Below, piece by piece: positions 62,810-64,000 of a DNA stretch of 64,000 nt. Each line of letters starts with the position of its first letter. Positions within the stretch are counted from its first letter, which is position 1. Location: contig MNCI01001024.1 in assembly GCA_015680685.1 (NCBI GenBank), positions 149,577 through 213,576 of the forward strand. The letters run 5' to 3'. The position numbers were made by a program, and so were the translations under genes. Under the pieces are notes generated by a model. It ran no database searches. It had not been told where the DNA came from and was given only the letters and a program-made list of their open reading frames with translations. The stretch is from Gnetum montanum. Taxonomy: Eukaryota; Plantae; Gnetophyta.

Positions 62810-64000
62810 CTAGCCTTCTAGGAAGTGAATTCGCTAGTTGACTTGATATCTATAAGGACCTCTTCTACTCTAAAGTAGGAATTATAGTATCTGTTATGGA
62901 TATAATTATAGGATACAATCTTTTCTCATGAGATCAAATAGTTTACTAGGTTCTATGAGATTTGTATGATGTTCTTAATGGTGACATTTCTATGAACTAT
63001 CTAGATATTCTTTGTAACCATCTTTATAAGTAGGCCACTAATGCATGGAAGAAGGATTATGTATGAGTTTTTATTTGGGTGGTATATCAAGTACCTTTGG
63101 CTATTCATAAATTGATCTAGTATTTGAAATTCCTCTAGTGCTTTGCACCTCTATGCTAAAAAGGAAATTCTTTGGTGAAAGTATTATTTGACCCTATCTT
63201 CTAATAATATTTTTGATAAGGATGATGACTTGAAACATTAAAAGGAAGAAACCTCTAGCATGAAGCATCTATAGTGCTTTGTGAGTGAAAAAATCATATC
63301 AAATTCATCCCTACCTATTGAATTTCAAGAAAACAAGAACATGGAGGTTGATTCAGAAAGCTAAATTTAATTCTTTTTCCATAGGAGGGTGGGATATTGG
63401 TAATTATTTTTATTGTGATATTCAAGAAGGTTCTATTTTACTTTTATATTCTACTAATAAAATAGTAGGCTCATAATGTATTTATTACATCATTAGATAG
63501 CATCAACAAAAAGTTAGACTTGCCAAAATTTTGGAAGTTCTCTTTTATTGATGGGCATCAAAAGTTATGATTTTTTATTGTTCATTCTTTACTCTTCTGT
63601 ATAAACTTGGAATCAATAGATTGCTCAAATGGTTGGCTTAATTGATGATCTCAAGGAATTACATATAAAAATAGCAAGTGTAGTGTTAAACCTCTTACAT
63701 CACACTCTTATTTTCCTTTCTTTCTTTCTTTCTTTTAACAATCATTATATCTCCTTTTTATCACATCAAGAGTTCCTGGCTATTGATTTATCATCATCAT
63801 TATTTTCATCTCCTCTAAATTTATCTAACTACCAGTGGTAAATTATTTAACTTATCAAGGTAAAAAAATTGATTAAGGCTAAGAAGGTTGATGATGTGTT
63901 GAGGACCTTGGATGCACTTCATAGTAAACTAAGCTAATTTTTCTATGATTTTCATTCTATAAATACATAAATGTGAGATGTATTAACATAACATTTTATT

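Overview
AT-rich, CpG/CHG-depleted land-plant nuclear heterochromatin made almost entirely of old, nested, decayed retrotransposons. I found no intact host gene and no intact TE ORF. The main observation is four copies (1-1419 partial, 15792-21842, ~28275-32935, 38060-62809) of a ~6-kb non-autonomous LTR element. It has ~575-bp LTRs, a tRNA-iMet PBS, a PPT and 5-bp TSDs, but no gag/pol. Instead it carries an intronless CCR4/CNOT6-type EEP nuclease (deadenylase-like) ORF just upstream of the PPT, preceded by a 5S-rRNA-derived Pol III promoter segment and tRNA-like A/B-box modules. Nested inside the last copy is a complete 19.3-kb Tat/Ogre-type Ty3 element (39700-58995, TSD TAAAC, tRNA-Asn PBS, extra RNase H between RH and INT). 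Its protease and RT are separated by ~6.5 kb holding a multi-exon antisense gene with weak plant-mobile-domain similarity. Also present: CRM-like chromovirus fragments, a 3.85-kb non-autonomous partner of one of them, an Athila-like gag-PR split by two insertions, a SIRE-like copia RT-RH, an Athila-like extra ORF, an RTE LINE fragment and several tandem repeats. All family assignments come from motifs I recognised by eye, not from database searches.
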